Positions 1 through 13,400 of a stretch of DNA of 64,000 nucleotides are shown here, piece after piece (position 1 is the first letter of the stretch; the number at the start of each line of letters is the position of its first letter). Below the pieces are notes generated by a model that worked only from the letters and a program-made list of their open reading frames with translations, had not been told where the DNA came from and made no database searches. Both the position numbers and the translations under genes were made by a program. Where the stretch lies: contig NC_045697.1 of assembly GCF_009834535.1 (NCBI RefSeq), positions 40,674,001 through 40,738,000 on the forward strand, read 5' to 3'. Source of the stretch: Camelus ferus. Lineage: Eukaryota.

Positions 1-171
1 GTCACCTTGGGTAACTTACTTACCCTCCCTATGCCTAACTTTTCTCAATTATAAAGTGGGGATCACAGCAGTACCTACTTCATAGGATTGTTATGAGGAT
101 TAAGTGAATTAATAACATAAAGTTCTTAGAACAGTATCTGGCACTTAGTAGCCCCTCTGTAGGAATTAGTT

Positions 172-174
<3 letters not shown>
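1..174 (+). mobile_element. MIR SINE
   Basis: accttgggtaacttacttaccctccctatgcct..cagtacctacttcataggattgttatgaggattaagtga core. Confidence 0.85.

Positions 175-220
<46 letters not shown>
175..220 (+). repeat. (CA)23 microsatellite
   Basis: Uninterrupted CA run at the MIR tail. Confidence 0.95.
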
Positions 221-222
<2 letters not shown>

Positions 223-1334
223 GGGAAGATAACATTTTATGTGGGTCTGTATTTTCTATCCCTGTGATCTCTGTACCCAAGAACATATGTTAAATGTATA
301 AACTAATTTATGCTAAATTCAATTTTTGTATTTTATATATATGTGTACGTATTTTATATATATATATGCAATTTTGCAGCATTGGAAGAGGCTATGTCTA
401 TTGCAAAGCAACTTTTGTCTAACTTTGCCATGTTGCTCACTGACTTGTTATTTGACTGTAAATTAATTTATTTTGGCACTGAATTTCTGTACACATTTAA
501 GACTTAAGACATCAGGCAGCTTCAGAGTAGGGGTAGAGAAGGGCACCTATAATTTGGGACTCGTAAAGAAATGTTTTTATGAGGATAGTAATACCTTGGA
601 TGAGTTTTGAACAAATTTATTGCATCCAACTCATGGAAGAGCTTAATGTAAGAGTTGTAAAAGATGCCCATGTGCAGGGTCATTACTCATTTGAGAAAAG
701 AAAACTGGATAAATAAATGGTCAGTGATTTACGCCTACAGTAGCTTAACCACAACCTTTTATAATATTTAAGCACAAAAATATTTATGAAGAGGCATTAA
801 TATCTCAACATATACCTCAATGGCAGTGCTGAAATGCCTGTAATATATTTTCAAGCTAGTTTTATTTGGAAGTAACAAATTATCAGGTAACATTTGTAGC
901 CAAATCTACTTCATCTTAAAATAAAAATGAGTTTAAGACCATAGTACCAATTTTAATTGATTGAAGGGCCTATATATTTTTAAGTGATTGTAATTGATGA
1001 TGAATATATTCACAAATTCTTTGACCCTAAGAAATAAGGAAAAATTATTGCTCTCTGAGATGAAAAAATAGTTCAATTTTTTTAAACATAATTGAAAGTC
1101 AACTACCATAATACCTAGTGGCCATGACTATCTATATGCAGATTACCTGATGTGAGTTAATTTCTCAGGCAATTTAGGCTTTAGAAACACTTGATTTCAT
1201 GAAATGCTTCTTTATGTAGTACCTTGAATGGAGCCATGTCATGACAAACAATACATATGTGTTATTTTTGTCTGTGTGTCATCAAACAACTGGTTATCAG
1301 TTTTCTTTCAAAAGTCCTTTTAGCATGATTTTTT

Positions 1335-1460
1335 AAAAATTAATTTATTAATTTTTCTATATATATATTCCTTTTCATATATTTTTATTACAGGCCATTA
1401 CAGGGTATTGAGTGTGGTTCCCTGTGCTCTACATTGGGACCTTGTTGTTCATCTATTTTA
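1335..1460 (-). mobile_element. Short L1 3'UTR fragment
   Basis: atatattccttttcat...ccctgtgct...cttgttgttcatctatttta resembles the 3' ends of other L1 copies in the window. Confidence 0.7.
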
Positions 1461-3147
1461 TAAAAAAAAACAATTAGTTACTAGTAGTAAAGTAGAATCA
1501 CCAATATTATCTATATAATTTTGTAATTGGTCTTTGTTAAAAGGATTTACTAACCCAACATCTTTAGTTACCTAAATAGAAAACATTTGTTTCCAGACTC
1601 ATCTGGGAATAGGCTTTTCCTGGAAAGATAGTTTTATTATTTGAACCTATCCCATGTGTTTTAACTACAGTGTTTTTTTTGCTGAAATCATCCTAAGATA
1701 AACTATATGCTTAAACAGAGTATACACAAGGGACACGTGATCATCAGCTATTTTGATGTAGCTATTTTGGCATCAGGACAATTTTATGCCACCTAAACAA
1801 TTAAACTCTCAGCTTGCTTTCATTACTAAGAAATGTGCAAACCCTGGGAGACAATAGGTCATGATGGAGAGCTCAAGGATGCTCAAGTTCCTTTGGCAAT
1901 ATAAAACAGTAATTTATCTTCTGAGTCACATTAATTTGGAGTCATTATGGCAGCTTCATCAATTCAACCACGTGAAATGTCCTGTTTTTCTCAATAACTT
2001 AGGGGCATTATTCTGAACAACAGTTTTCATAATGTGCTGGAGATGTGGATATAGGTACAAACAGTGTTCTGTTCATCCAGGGCCAAATAATTCATCTTGG
2101 TTCTTTAGTAATTTAAGAATAACCTGATGAAATTCAATTCTGGCTGACAAGCCTTCAGCAGTGACACGCTGATGGCCTCCTGAGGTGTTGATGGGCCTTC
2201 GCCCAGGCTTCCTTTCTGTCTGAGATGGCTTGTCTTGCCCTGAGGTCAGAGGATCTGGGAGAGTCCTAGCTCCATGTGACCTTTTATACCCATATAACCT
2301 TGGGCAAGAAACAGTCCTTTTATGTCTCATGTTTCAGACCTTTAAAATGAGCATATAAGAATTAATACCTCATTGAATAGTGAGAATTAAGTGAGATAAA
2401 TCATGAAATCATGTAAAATGCATAGCATCGTGAAAGGCTTTAACGGGCTATATACCACCTCCCCCTCAGTCCCCCAACACACCACAGCACTATCTAAATA
2501 ATGATAACTCTGTTAATAGGAGCTAGCTTTTATTTGGAACACAATATGTAACAAAATGCACTGTAACTCTAGGGTCCTTCCACCAGGAAGCTTAGTTATG
2601 CAAAGAGCTATAAAAATATGGAAGAAGATACCCTTGTATTGCTAGCCCCTAAGCCTGTTTGTCATCTGGTGAAGAAAGGTTGGTGAGCAATAGATGAAGT
2701 GAACACAAAAATAAAGAAATAAAGAAGTGGAAGCTTAATAGTATAATCGGTTTTACATGGTTCCCATATAACAGTCCCTGCATTTGCTTATTAATTTAAC
2801 TTTTTTTTCTTTGCTTACCTTTTGAAGTAGTATTTAAAAAATAAATGCTGCTTATCTGTCACTGGCTATGTTTTTGTTAGACAAATGCCTCTTGGGCTCT
2901 AATCATTAGAGAGAGCAAAGCCTAGATACTAAATTGCAAAATAAAATTTCTGCCAGTAGAACTACAGGCAGGGCTACTTTGAAATTTTCTTAAAATTAAA
3001 AATTTTTTTCCATTTGGCACATAGATTACAAAACTACTTTTTTTCCATATCTAATAGAAAAATCATACTTCCTTAATAGTCACTGCATGCAAACCTACTT
3101 TTAGACCTCTTAATGCTGAAAATATTTTTCTCATTTTATTTTTAAAG

Positions 3148-3279
3148 GTGAAGGCTGAAATTGGAGATGTTAGTATTTTAGTAAATAATGCTGGTGTAGT
3201 CTACACATCAGATTTGTTTGCTACACAAGACCCTCAGATTGAAAAGACTTTTGAAGTTAATGTACTTGCACATTTCTGG
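3148..3279 (+). CDS. HSD17B11: HSD17B11 coding exon 3 (132 bp)
   Basis: Flanked by tttaaAG and GTaagt; translates VKAEIGDVSILVNNAGVVYTSDLFATQDPQIEKTFEVNVLAHFW with the SDR NNAG motif. Exons 1-2 not found in the window. Confidence 0.96.
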
Positions 3280-3852
3280 GTAAGTATGATTTCTTTTACA
3301 AAACTATTCCGTTTTGTATAACCCAAAGATTAAGTTTAAAGTGGAGCTTTAAGCAGACATTAGGATGTATCAAATCAATACTAAAGTTTTCTCCAGGTAC
3401 CCGGGATAACATTGTACAAAGAAATTGTTTTTCATATTATGCCCAAATCCTGTCAATCATTCTTCTCCTCCCTCAAAAAATACTAATAATATTAATTAAT
3501 AATAATAAGAATAGACTTTAGGTGTTATATATATGTTTTAATTCTAAGCTAGATCTCACACTTCTGTGTGATCCTGTTTCGAGATGAAAGAAGGGATTAG
3601 AGATCATCTGAGTCATCTTCTGTGATTCTATAAAAAGTGAACCCAGATTCTCTCAGATTCTCATGAGACTCAGGCCTCATGTTATTTCCTGGTCCCCAAA
3701 TTGCAAACTTTATTACAACTCACCATTCATGGTCTTAAATAATATATAAAGAGAGGGAGAATGAGAAAAAGAGAGTCTAAATATTGGCCAAATAGCCAGT
3801 TCATAAGAGTACCTCAAAGTTTTCTTGAATATAAGTTTGGGATGCGTGACCT

Positions 3853-4613
3853 CAGAATGTAAACTGGTGCAACCACTATTGGAAACGGTATAGAAGTTCC
3901 TTAAAAAACTAAAAATAGAACTACCATAGGACCCAGGAGTCCCACTACTGAGTATGTATCTGGAAAAAATGAAAACTTTAATTTGAAAAGATACTATGCA
4001 CCCAGTTGTTCATAGCAGCACTATTACAATAGCCAAGACATGGTAACAACCCAAGTGTCCATCAACAGATGACTGGCTTAAGAAGATATGGTATGTGTGT
4101 GTGTACATATAAATATATATATATTATATATATATGTCATATGTCTGATAAAATATTAATCAGCCATGAAAAAGAATGAAATATTGCTATTTGCAGCAAC
4201 ATGAATGGACAGAGAGTATATTACTTAGTGAAGTAAGTCAGACAAAGAAAGGCAAATATATGATATCACTTATATGTGGAATCTAAAAAATAATACAAAT
4301 ACAAAACAGAAACAGACTCACAGACATAGAAAACAAAGAGGGGTAGGAGTGACAAATTAGGAATATAGGATTAACATACAAACTACTGTATATGAAATAG
4401 ATAAGCAACAAGGATTTACCATATAGCACCGGGAATTATATTCAATACATTGTAATAATCTATAGTAGAAAATAATCTGAAAATATGTGTATGTGTGTAT
4501 ATATATGTATATATATACTTTTATATATATACATATATAAAACTGAATTACCTTGCTGTACACTTGAAACTAACATAATATTGTAAATCAACTATACCTC
4601 AATTTAAAAAAAA
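3853..4613 (+). mobile_element. 5'-truncated L1 (ORF2 end, 3'UTR, A tail)
   Basis: aatgtaaactggtgcaaccact...gcagcactattacaatagccaagacatgg...atcaactatacctcaatttaaaaaaaa. Confidence 0.9.
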
Positions 4614-5086
4614 GGAATATTGGAGTTGGTGGGAATGCAGTATTATTTTATGTTAATATTCCCAAGTTATTAACAGCATTTTTATATTTTTATGAACTTA
4701 TAAGTGTGCCTCTTTCTGCCTCTCTTAAAACATAGGGTTTTTTTTTTTTTCTGAATCCCCAGCATAGAGTAGGTGCTCAATAAATATTTATTGTATGACT
4801 CATTCAGTAACTACTGGAAGATTGTTATCACTCAGTATTTTGATGATATAACTAAACTCTTTTCTAATAATTTCACATTGAATGTAAAATTTTTTGACAA
4901 CTCTAGATATTATCCCTATTCAGTATATGAAATGGTAGAAGTCATCAGTAACAAAAAGTGGGAGAACTGGGGACATAAGTTAACAGTTTAAATGAGATGG
5001 ATTCTCAAAGTTTTTGGGGTTCATTGTTTCACTTAGTTTTTCTAATCTGAGCATTCTATGCATTTGTCTTGTGTTGCTACATTTGG

Positions 5087-5170
5087 CAATTAATCTAGGT
5101 TTTTTCATTTATGCCAAGAACAATATCACAATTAATCTAGGTTTCTTCATTTATGCCAAGAACAATGTCA
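5087..5170 (+). repeat. 42-bp tandem duplication
   Basis: caattaatctaggttt(t/c)ttcatttatgccaagaacaat(a/g)tca twice, 2 mismatches. Confidence 0.95.
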
Positions 5171-5261
5171 ACAAAATATACCTTTGTTTTGAAATATTAC
5201 CAATGGATTTGCAAATCAGAAGTAACAATATTTTTTCTCTTTTAATAATAACTATTTCTAG

Positions 5262-5368
5262 ACTACAAAGGCATTTCTTCCAGAGATGATGAAGAATAAT
5301 CATGGCCATATTGTCACTGTGGCTTCAGCAGCTGGGCATACTGGGGTCCCCTTTTTATTGGCTTATTG
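5262..5368 (+). CDS. HSD17B11: HSD17B11 coding exon 4 (107 bp)
   Basis: ttctAG/GTatgt; [35 protein letters not shown](C), containing the catalytic Ser and Tyr. Confidence 0.96.
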
Positions 5369-7014
5369 GTATGTGAACATGTGTTTCCTTCATTGGTTAC
5401 TATGCTTAACTTGTGTGTGATTTCTTATCCTGTCTAATGAGGACTACTCTTTAACAATATTAGACTTGAAGATGCTGAAGTAAGCAGAAAGAATTGCACA
5501 AAATCTCTTGTACAACAGCACTATCAATCATTAATCTCCTCCTGGGTTGACAATTCTAGAGATGGCTACAGGGAAATTATCCAATAAGAAGCCAAGTGCT
5601 TAAAGCATTTCTCATCCCTTTTAACAGCAAGGAATTATAAAACAAGAACAATATTTTTGTACCATGAACAAAAGTTAATATTAATAATTTTAATAAAGTA
5701 ATTTTGTGGAAATAAAACAATGTAAAGAGAGTATAATCTAGGATTCTAAACATTAAAAACATCCCAACAATGAAATAACTATGATAAGCATTTGTTACAG
5801 TTTTTAAAGACATTTTAAAAGCAGCTATAAAATCATGCATTGAGAAAAATATGCATACATAATCATGCTTTTTTTTAATTTAAAATAAACATTTTGCATG
5901 TTAATAAATATGTATGTGAACATCATTTTTAATTCCTGCATGGTATGCCATTGTATATATCTGCCACTGTTTATTCAATTTATGCATTATTGTTAGATAA
6001 TTTATTTGTTAAGACTCTTTTAGTTGCAAGGAACACAAAACTTAAACTTCCACAGACCAAAAGAGAAAGTCTTAGGCAGATTCTTCTCTGCTGGCAAGAT
6101 GGGCTCTAGCCATAGTAGTTGTCTGGAACAAGATCCTTTCAACTCCAGGTCCAGCAGATGGGGGAAGAGCCATGCCTTCAAATGTTCTAGTTCTAGAGCT
6201 CACTCTAACGAGACCAACTTGGATCCAACTACCATATAGGGATGGGGAGCTGGGGTATAACTGAGCAAAATCCGAGTGATGTTACCAGAATGAGGGAGTA
6301 TGAATGCTGTAGGGCAAAAACAGCAGCTGTCCCCTTCAGACACTTAAAATTGTTTCCAATTTTCCTGCCTTCATGAGCTGTATACTCCAGGGTCTATCCC
6401 TGAGTATAAATCTTTAGAAATGTGATTGATTATTTCCTTGACGTAAATACTTAAAAGAGAAATTACCGAATCTAAAAGCATGGCATATTTTTAATGAATT
6501 TTTTGCTTTTTGCCAAATTACCTTCCAGAAAATGCTGCCAATTTACTTGTCCTTTGGAAAATAGGAAGTTCTGTGGAAAGTTCTGTCACTTTTTTTTAAG
6601 CTTAGATGTATTTTGATGGCTTAATAAGATTGCCAATTCAGTTATATAAAATGAAAATATTCTGTACATTGAAAATCAACTCATACAAATAAAAAATTTC
6701 CTCATATCCTTACCATTACTGCTAGGCAAAAAATTTATCTTTTTAAAATTTGTATTTATATTAATTACTCCTGAAATAAATAAAACCTTTTATGTGCATA
6801 TATCTATTGGTATTTTTATTTTGTGAATTTTCTGCTAATGTCCCTAGGTATTTATCCACTAGATTATTGTCTTATTCATTTATAAGAGTTGTCATGTATT
6901 CACTCTTATCTTTGTCTTATACACTACAAGTGCTTTACTCATTTGTCATTTGCCTCTTAACTTGGTTGGGAGCTAATAAAGTTTAGAGTATATCATATAA
7001 AGGTCTGGTTTGTT

Positions 7015-7200
7015 GCCCACATTTAAAGCCTGATTCCACTTTCTTTTGTGTCTTTGGGCAAGTCCTATAACCCTGCTCTGCCTAAGTTTCCTTTTCAGTA
7101 ATGGAGATCATGATAGTATCTATTTCACAGAGTTGTTGTGAGAATTAAATTAAATAATGCATCTGATAACTGAGGACAGTGTTTGGCATATAGTGATCAA
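7015..7200 (+). mobile_element. MIR SINE
   Basis: tttgggcaagtc..ctctgcctaagtttcc..agagttgttgtgagaattaaat. Confidence 0.75.
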
Positions 7201-7444
7201 TTTTAGATATGATTATTTTTGTTTGTGTTGTTTTTCAATGTACAGAAGATTTACATTTTATGTAATTGAATCTAGCAATCTTTCTCATAAGCCTTCAATA
7301 TATATCTAAGCTTTAAAAAAAAAAAGGTGAGAGAGAACATTCCACAGCTTTCTGTTTTCCAAAGCACAGTTTAATTGGCAAGATTTTACAGCTACTTTGT
7401 ATAATTGCAAATCTGTACAGATTTATAGAAAAACAATCTATCTG

Positions 7445-7625
7445 GTAATTAATGCCACTGAATTATACGCTTAAAATGGTTAAAATGGCAAATTTTTTAT
7501 TATAAATATTTTTGCATAATTTAAAAATTAATAATGTAATATTACAAGAACCATTGAGTTGTACACCTAAATGGGTGAATTATATGGTATATGAATTAAT
7601 ATCTCAATAATGCTGTTTTCTTTAA
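7445..7625 (+). mobile_element. Old L1M 3'-end fragment
   Basis: aatgccactgaattatacgcttaaaatggttaaaatgg...gtacacctaaatgggtgaattatatggtatatgaatt. Confidence 0.65.
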
Positions 7626-7726
7626 AAACTCAGCTGGAAAAGTAATGTCTACTTAGAATATGATTAATTTCACTTCTTTTTCCAAATGAAGGCTCTGCGA
7701 CAATAAGAATTTCTTTGCATTTTGAT

Positions 7727-8010
7727 TCATTCATTTGACACGTATTTTTTGAGCACCTATTGTAGGCCAAGCACTGTGCCAGGCCCTGGGGATTCATTGA
7801 GAACCAAAATCTATATGGAGATTGTTATACTAAAGGTAGGGGACAGACATTAAATAAAAATTCACCCGAATGAATATTTAATTACAAACCCAAGATGTGC
7901 TATCATGGAAAACTGAAGCTGGCTGCATAATTTAGACTACTGGTCAGGAAAGGCCTCTCTCAGGAAGTCAAGCTGAGACTTAAAGGAAGAACAGGACTTA
8001 TCTAGGAGAG
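7727..8010 (-). mobile_element. L2 3' end
   Basis: ttcattcatttgacacgtattttttgagcacctattgtaggccaagcactgtgccagg. Confidence 0.75.
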
Positions 8011-8186
8011 TTTCCTAATGAATTCCGTGAACATATTATAGTAAATAATGAGCAGCCTATAGCAACATTAAATTTTATGGAAACAATAACGACAAAAATA
8101 CCCTATCAATTTTCCTAACCAAACATTTAAACCTACTCAGTTCTCACTCTGACAAATGATGCTGGGCTGCGATAATGTTCTATGCT

Positions 8187-8290
8187 AGTGCTTCTTAGAG
8201 TTCACTAGAGTTTACTATAAATTTACCTGAGGATCATCTAGAACGCAGATTCTGATTCAGTAGGTCTGGGCCAGGTCCTGAGATTCAGAT
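8187..8290. mobile_element. MER5A-like hAT fragment
   Basis: gcagattctgattcagtaggtctgggccaggtcctgagattc. Confidence 0.7.
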
Positions 8291-8391
8291 CTTGCCATGC
8301 TGCTTGGCACTTAATTGAGGAAAACAGAAATGTGAATTAAACAGATGCAGCAGCTTTCTTGAATTATTTTGTGAACTCTGTTTATTTTCAG

Positions 8392-8529
8392 TTCAAGCAA
8401 GTTTGCTGCTGTTGGATTTCATAAAGCTTTGACTGAAGAACTGGCTGCCTTAGAAAGAACCGGAATCAAAACAACATGTCTCTGCCCTAATTTCATAAAC
8501 ACTGGCTTCATCAAAAACCCAAGTACCAG
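8392..8529 (+). CDS. HSD17B11: HSD17B11 coding exon 5 (138 bp)
   Basis: tttcAG/GTaagc; (C)SSKFAAVGFHKALTEELAALERTGIKTTCLCPNFINTGFIKNPST; completes YCSSK (YxxxK). Confidence 0.96.
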
Positions 8530-8779
8530 GTAAGCTGAGACAGAAATGGAGACAAAAGGATTGGTGATTGCTATGCTTGTCAACCATTCTGTGGATTTTC
8601 CTAAATATTTTAATTCCTAAAACACCTGATATTCAAGGCCTTTAGCTCATTTAGTTTCAGCTTCTATATAGATTGTGGGAAAATAGGTAGAAACAAAGAG
8701 AGAAGGAGGGACTATATCTAAATATAGATACGAATGACACTGGTGAAGTTGCTAATCCTTCCCTTTTTCTCTCCTTAAA

Positions 8780-8982
8780 TGGTGGTTCTCAGACTTAAGT
8801 ATACATACATTTCACCAGGAGTGCTTGGGAACCATGTAGGCGTCCCACCCCTAGCAACGGTATTTATTCGGTTTGGTTGGGATGCAGTAGTGGTGGGAAA
8901 GGAGCCTAGAATTCTGTATGTTTAACAAGCATCATAGGTAATTCTGACAGAGGTGACCCAGGACCACAACTTAAAAACACTC
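8780..8982. mobile_element. MER5-like hAT element
   Basis: ggtggttctcagactt...tttaacaagc...ggtaattctga...gaccacaacttaaaaacact. Confidence 0.6.
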
Positions 8983-9349
8983 TCCTTTGGTAATCTAAAG
9001 ATTATCCTCCAAAACATGTACCAGACTATATAGTCTTTCCTTAGTTAAAAAATAAAATTAGAAAGGATTAGCTCTGAGGTTAATTTTTAATGTTTCCTCT
9101 CATAGGGAATAGCTTTAACATCTTTGTAAACATGATGCATACTTAAAAAAAGATTCCAACAGACAAATACAAATAAAGTTTCTTTTAAAATTTCCTTAAA
9201 ATCGTCTGTTCAGTGGAAACTGCTCTTACCATTTTGATGAATATTCCTTTAGACATCTCTTGTACAGATTAAGTGCCTAAGTTTCATATAACTGACATAT
9301 AATATACATGGGACTCTGGACCCAGTGAGTAAACTGCTTGCTTCCTTCA

Positions 9350-9570
9350 GAATTATGATTATAGACAACAGTACTGCATTAGAAACTTCAAAATTGCTAA
9401 GAAGCTAAATTTTAACTGTTTCCAGCACAAAACAGAAATGATAATTCTGTAACCTGCATTAGCTGACTCTAAGGTGGCAATCATACTGCAATGTATAAAT
9501 GTATCAAATCAGCAGGTTGTATACTTTAAACTTATATAATATGATATGCCAATTATATCTCAATGAGAAT
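9350..9570 (+). mobile_element. Old L1MA/MB-type 3'-end fragment
   Basis: aaattgctaagaagctaaattttaac...atgtatcaaatca...ccaattatatctcaat. Confidence 0.6.
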
Positions 9571-9809
9571 TCATTAATTTTTGAAACAGTTGACTAGAAC
9601 TGAAAAGTGGTGTCAAAGGAAGAGGTGAGTACAATCCCCAAGGATAAAATCTGCCAATATAAGACACTAATATATTTGAGTCAAGTTTTTCACTCAGACT
9701 GTCTTTCAATAGTTAAAAACAGACAGTATATATATTTTTAATTATTATTGATTTTTTTACCCTTGTCCCCAGGACTAGGTGACACAAAGTTTACCTTCAT
9801 GGGGGCAGG

Positions 9810-9825
9810 GCGCCCTCTCCTGGCA
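9810..9825 (-). promoter_or_regulatory. Candidate CTCF site
   Basis: Minus strand reads TGCCAGGAGAGGGCGC, a close match to the CTCF core, with its CpG retained. Confidence 0.55.
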
Positions 9826-10429
9826 AAGCTCTACTAGTACAATTTTAAAAATTACTGGGATGATTGCTGTGGGGGAAGGGGGTAAATAGAAACGGCCTGA
9901 TTGTAGCCTAATCACAGGAATATAACCTGGCTAAGGAAGGGTCTGGGGCTTGTCCTGCCATGTGAACCTCTCTGAAGATAAGGTAATACTGGAGTAGGTG
10001 CCAAAGGTGAAGTTGGTTTTAATCTGGAAACTTAGTTCTAGTTAGAACAGAAAACTCTTACTCCAGTTAATGTTTTGGACAAAATAAAATCTGTAATTTT
10101 CTTTTTATTATTATTATTTATTTTTAAACATTTTTTTACTGAGTTAGTCATTTTACAATTTTGTGTCAAATTCCAGTGTAGAGCACAGTTGTTCAGTTAT
10201 ACATGAACATACATATATTCATTGTCACATTTTTTTTCGCTGTGTGCTACCACAAGATCTTGTATATATTTCCCTGTGCTATACAGTATAATCTTGTTTA
10301 TCTATTCTACGTATGCCTGTCAATATCTACAAATTTCAAATCCTAGTCTGTCCCTTCCCACCCACCTCCCCCCTGGCAACCACAAGTTTGTATTCTATGT
10401 TTGTGAGTCTGTTTCTCTTTTGTATTTGT

Positions 10430-13400
10430 GTTTTTTTTTTTAATTACACATATGAGCGATCTCATATGGTATTTTTCTTTCTCTTTCTGGCTGACTTCAC
10501 TTAGAATGACATTCTCCAGGGACATCCATGTTGCTGCATATGGCGTTATGTTGTTGGTTTTTATGGCTGAGTAGTATTTCATTGTATAAATATACCACCA
10601 CCTCTTTATCCAGTCTTCTGTTGATGGACATTTAGGCTGTTTCCATGTCTTGGCTATTGTGAATAGTGCTGCTATGAACACTGGGGGGCAGGTGTCTTTT
10701 TGAAGTAGGGTTCCTTCTGGATATATGCCCAGGAGCGGGATAACTGGGTCATATGGTAAGTCTATTCCTAGTCTTTTGAGAAATCTGCATACTGTTTTCC
10801 ACAGTGGCTGCACCAAACTGCATTCCCACCAGCAGTGTAGGAGGGTTCCCCTTTCTCCACAGCCTCTCCAGCATTTGTCATTTATGGATTTTTGAATGAC
10901 GGCCATTCTGACTGGTGTGAGGTGATACCTCATTGTAGTTTTGATTTGCATTTCTCTGATAATTAGTGATATTGAGCATTTTTTCATGTGCCTATTGATC
11001 ATTTGTATGTCTTCCTTGGAGAATTGCTTGTTTAGGTCTTCTGCCCATTTTTGGATTGGGTTGTTCGTTTGCTTCTTATTAAGTCGTATGAGCTGCTTAT
11101 ATATTCTGAGATCAAGCCTTTGTCGGTTTCATTTGCAAAAATTTTCTCCCATTCCATAGGTTGTCGTTTTGTTTTACTGATGGTTTCCTTTGCTGTACAG
11201 AAGCTTGTGACTTTAATTAGGTCCCATTTGTTTATTCTTGCTTTTATTTCTATTGCTTGAGTAGACTGTTCTAGGAGAACATCTTTGAGATGTATGTCAG
11301 ATAATGTTTTGCCTATATTTTCTTCTAGGAGGTTTATTGTATCTTGTCTTATGTTTAAGTCTTTGATCCATTTTGAGTTCATTTTTATGTATGGTGTAAG
11401 AGAGTGTTCTAGCTTCATTGATTTACATGCTGCTGTCCAGTTTTCCCAACACCATTTGCTGAAAAGAGACTGTCTTTATTCCATTGTATATTCTTGCCTC
11501 CTTTGTCAAAGATTAATTGACTAAAAGTTTGTGGGTTCATTCCTGGGCTCTCTATTCTGTTCCATTGGTCCATATGTCTGTTTTTGTACCAATACCATGC
11601 TTTTTTGATACTATAGCTTTATAGTATTGTCTGAAGTCTGGGAGAGTTATTCCTCCAGCCTCTTTCTTTTTCTTCAGTAATGCTTTGGCAATTCTAGGTC
11701 TTTTGTGATTCCATATAAATTTTATTATGATTTGTTCTAGTTCTGTGAAATATGTCCTGGGTAATTTGATAGGGATTGCATTAAATCTATAGATTAGCTT
11801 GGGCAGTATGACCATTTTAACAATGTTGATTCTTCCAATCCAAGAGCATGGGATATCTTTCCATTTTTTTTAAGTCTTTTTTAATTTCCTTAATCAGTAT
11901 TTTATAGTTTTCCATGTATAAGTCTTTCACCTCCTTGGTTAAATTTGTTCCTAGGTATTTTATTACTTTGGGTGCTATTTTAAAGGGGACTGTTCCTTTA
12001 CTTTCTTTTTCTGTTGATTCATCATTAGTGTAAAGAAATGCAACTGATTTTTGAATGTTAATCTTGTAACCTGCTACTTTGCTGAATTCTTTGATTATTT
12101 CTAGTAGTTTTTGTGTGGACCTTTTAGGGTTTTCTATATATAGTATCATGTCATCTGCATATAGTGACACGTTTACCTCTTGTTTTCCAATTTGGATCCC
12201 TTTTATTTCTCTCTCTTGCCTGATTGCTGTGGCCTAGGACTTCAAAGACTATGATGAATAGGAGTGGTGATAGTGGGCATCCTTGTCTTGTCCCAGATTT
12301 TAGTGGGAAGCTTTTGAGTTTTTCACCATTAAGTACAATGCTGGCTGTAGGTTTGTCATATATAGCTTTTATTATGTTGAGATATGTTCCCTCTATACCC
12401 ACTTTGGTGAGAGTTTTTATCATAAATGGGTGTTGAATTTTATCAAATGCTTTTCCAGCATCTATTGAGATGATCATATGGTTTTTGTCCTTTCTCTTGT
12501 TGATGTGATATATTACATTGATTAATTTGCATATGTTGAACCACCCTTGTGTCCCTGGGGTGAGCCCCACTTGATCATGATGTATAATCTTTTTTATGTG
12601 CTGTTGGATTTTATTTGCTAATATTTTGGTAAGGATTTTTGCATCTATGTTCATCCATGATATTGGTCTGTAATTCTCTTTTTTGGTGGTGTCTTTGCCT
12701 GATTTTGGTATCAGGGTGATGATGGCTTCATAGAATGAGTTTGGGAGTATTCCCTCCTTTTCAGTCTTCTGGAAGAGTTTGAGAAGGACTGGTATGAGTT
12801 TTTGCATGTTTGGTAGAATTCCCTGGTGAAGCCATCTGGTCCTGGACTTTTATTTATAGGGAGGATTTTTATTGCTAATTCGATTTCATTTCTAGTGATC
12901 TGTTTGTTCAAGTGGTCGGTTTCTTCTTGATTCAGTCTTGGTGGACACTATGTTTCCAGAAACTTGTCCATCTCCTCTAGGTTATCCATTTTGGTTCCAT
13001 ATAGTTTTTCATAATATTCTCATATGATATTCTGTATTTCTATGCTATTTGTTGTAATTTCTTCATTTTCCTTCCTTATTTTGCTTATTTGTGCTCTCTC
13101 TTTTTTCTTCTTTGTGAGTTTGGCCAGTGGTTTGTGGATTTTATTTACTCTTTCAAAAATCCATCTTTTGGTATGATTGATTTTTTCTATTTTTTTTTCA
13201 TCTCTATTTTATTTATTTCCTCCCTGATCTTTATTATTTCCTTCCTTCTGCTGACTTTTGGGGGTTTTTGCTCTTCTTTTTCTAATTCTTTTAGCTAGTG
13301 GTTTAGATTGTGTATTTGAGATTGTTCTTTTTTGAGGAATGCCTGTATTGCTATAAACTTCCCTCTTGGCATTGCCTTTGCTGCATCCCATAAATTTTGT

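Noticed and set aside
12140..12175. YADD instead of FADD in the L1 reverse transcriptase
   Set aside because: Y/FxDD are both standard RT motifs, and the copy is frameshifted.
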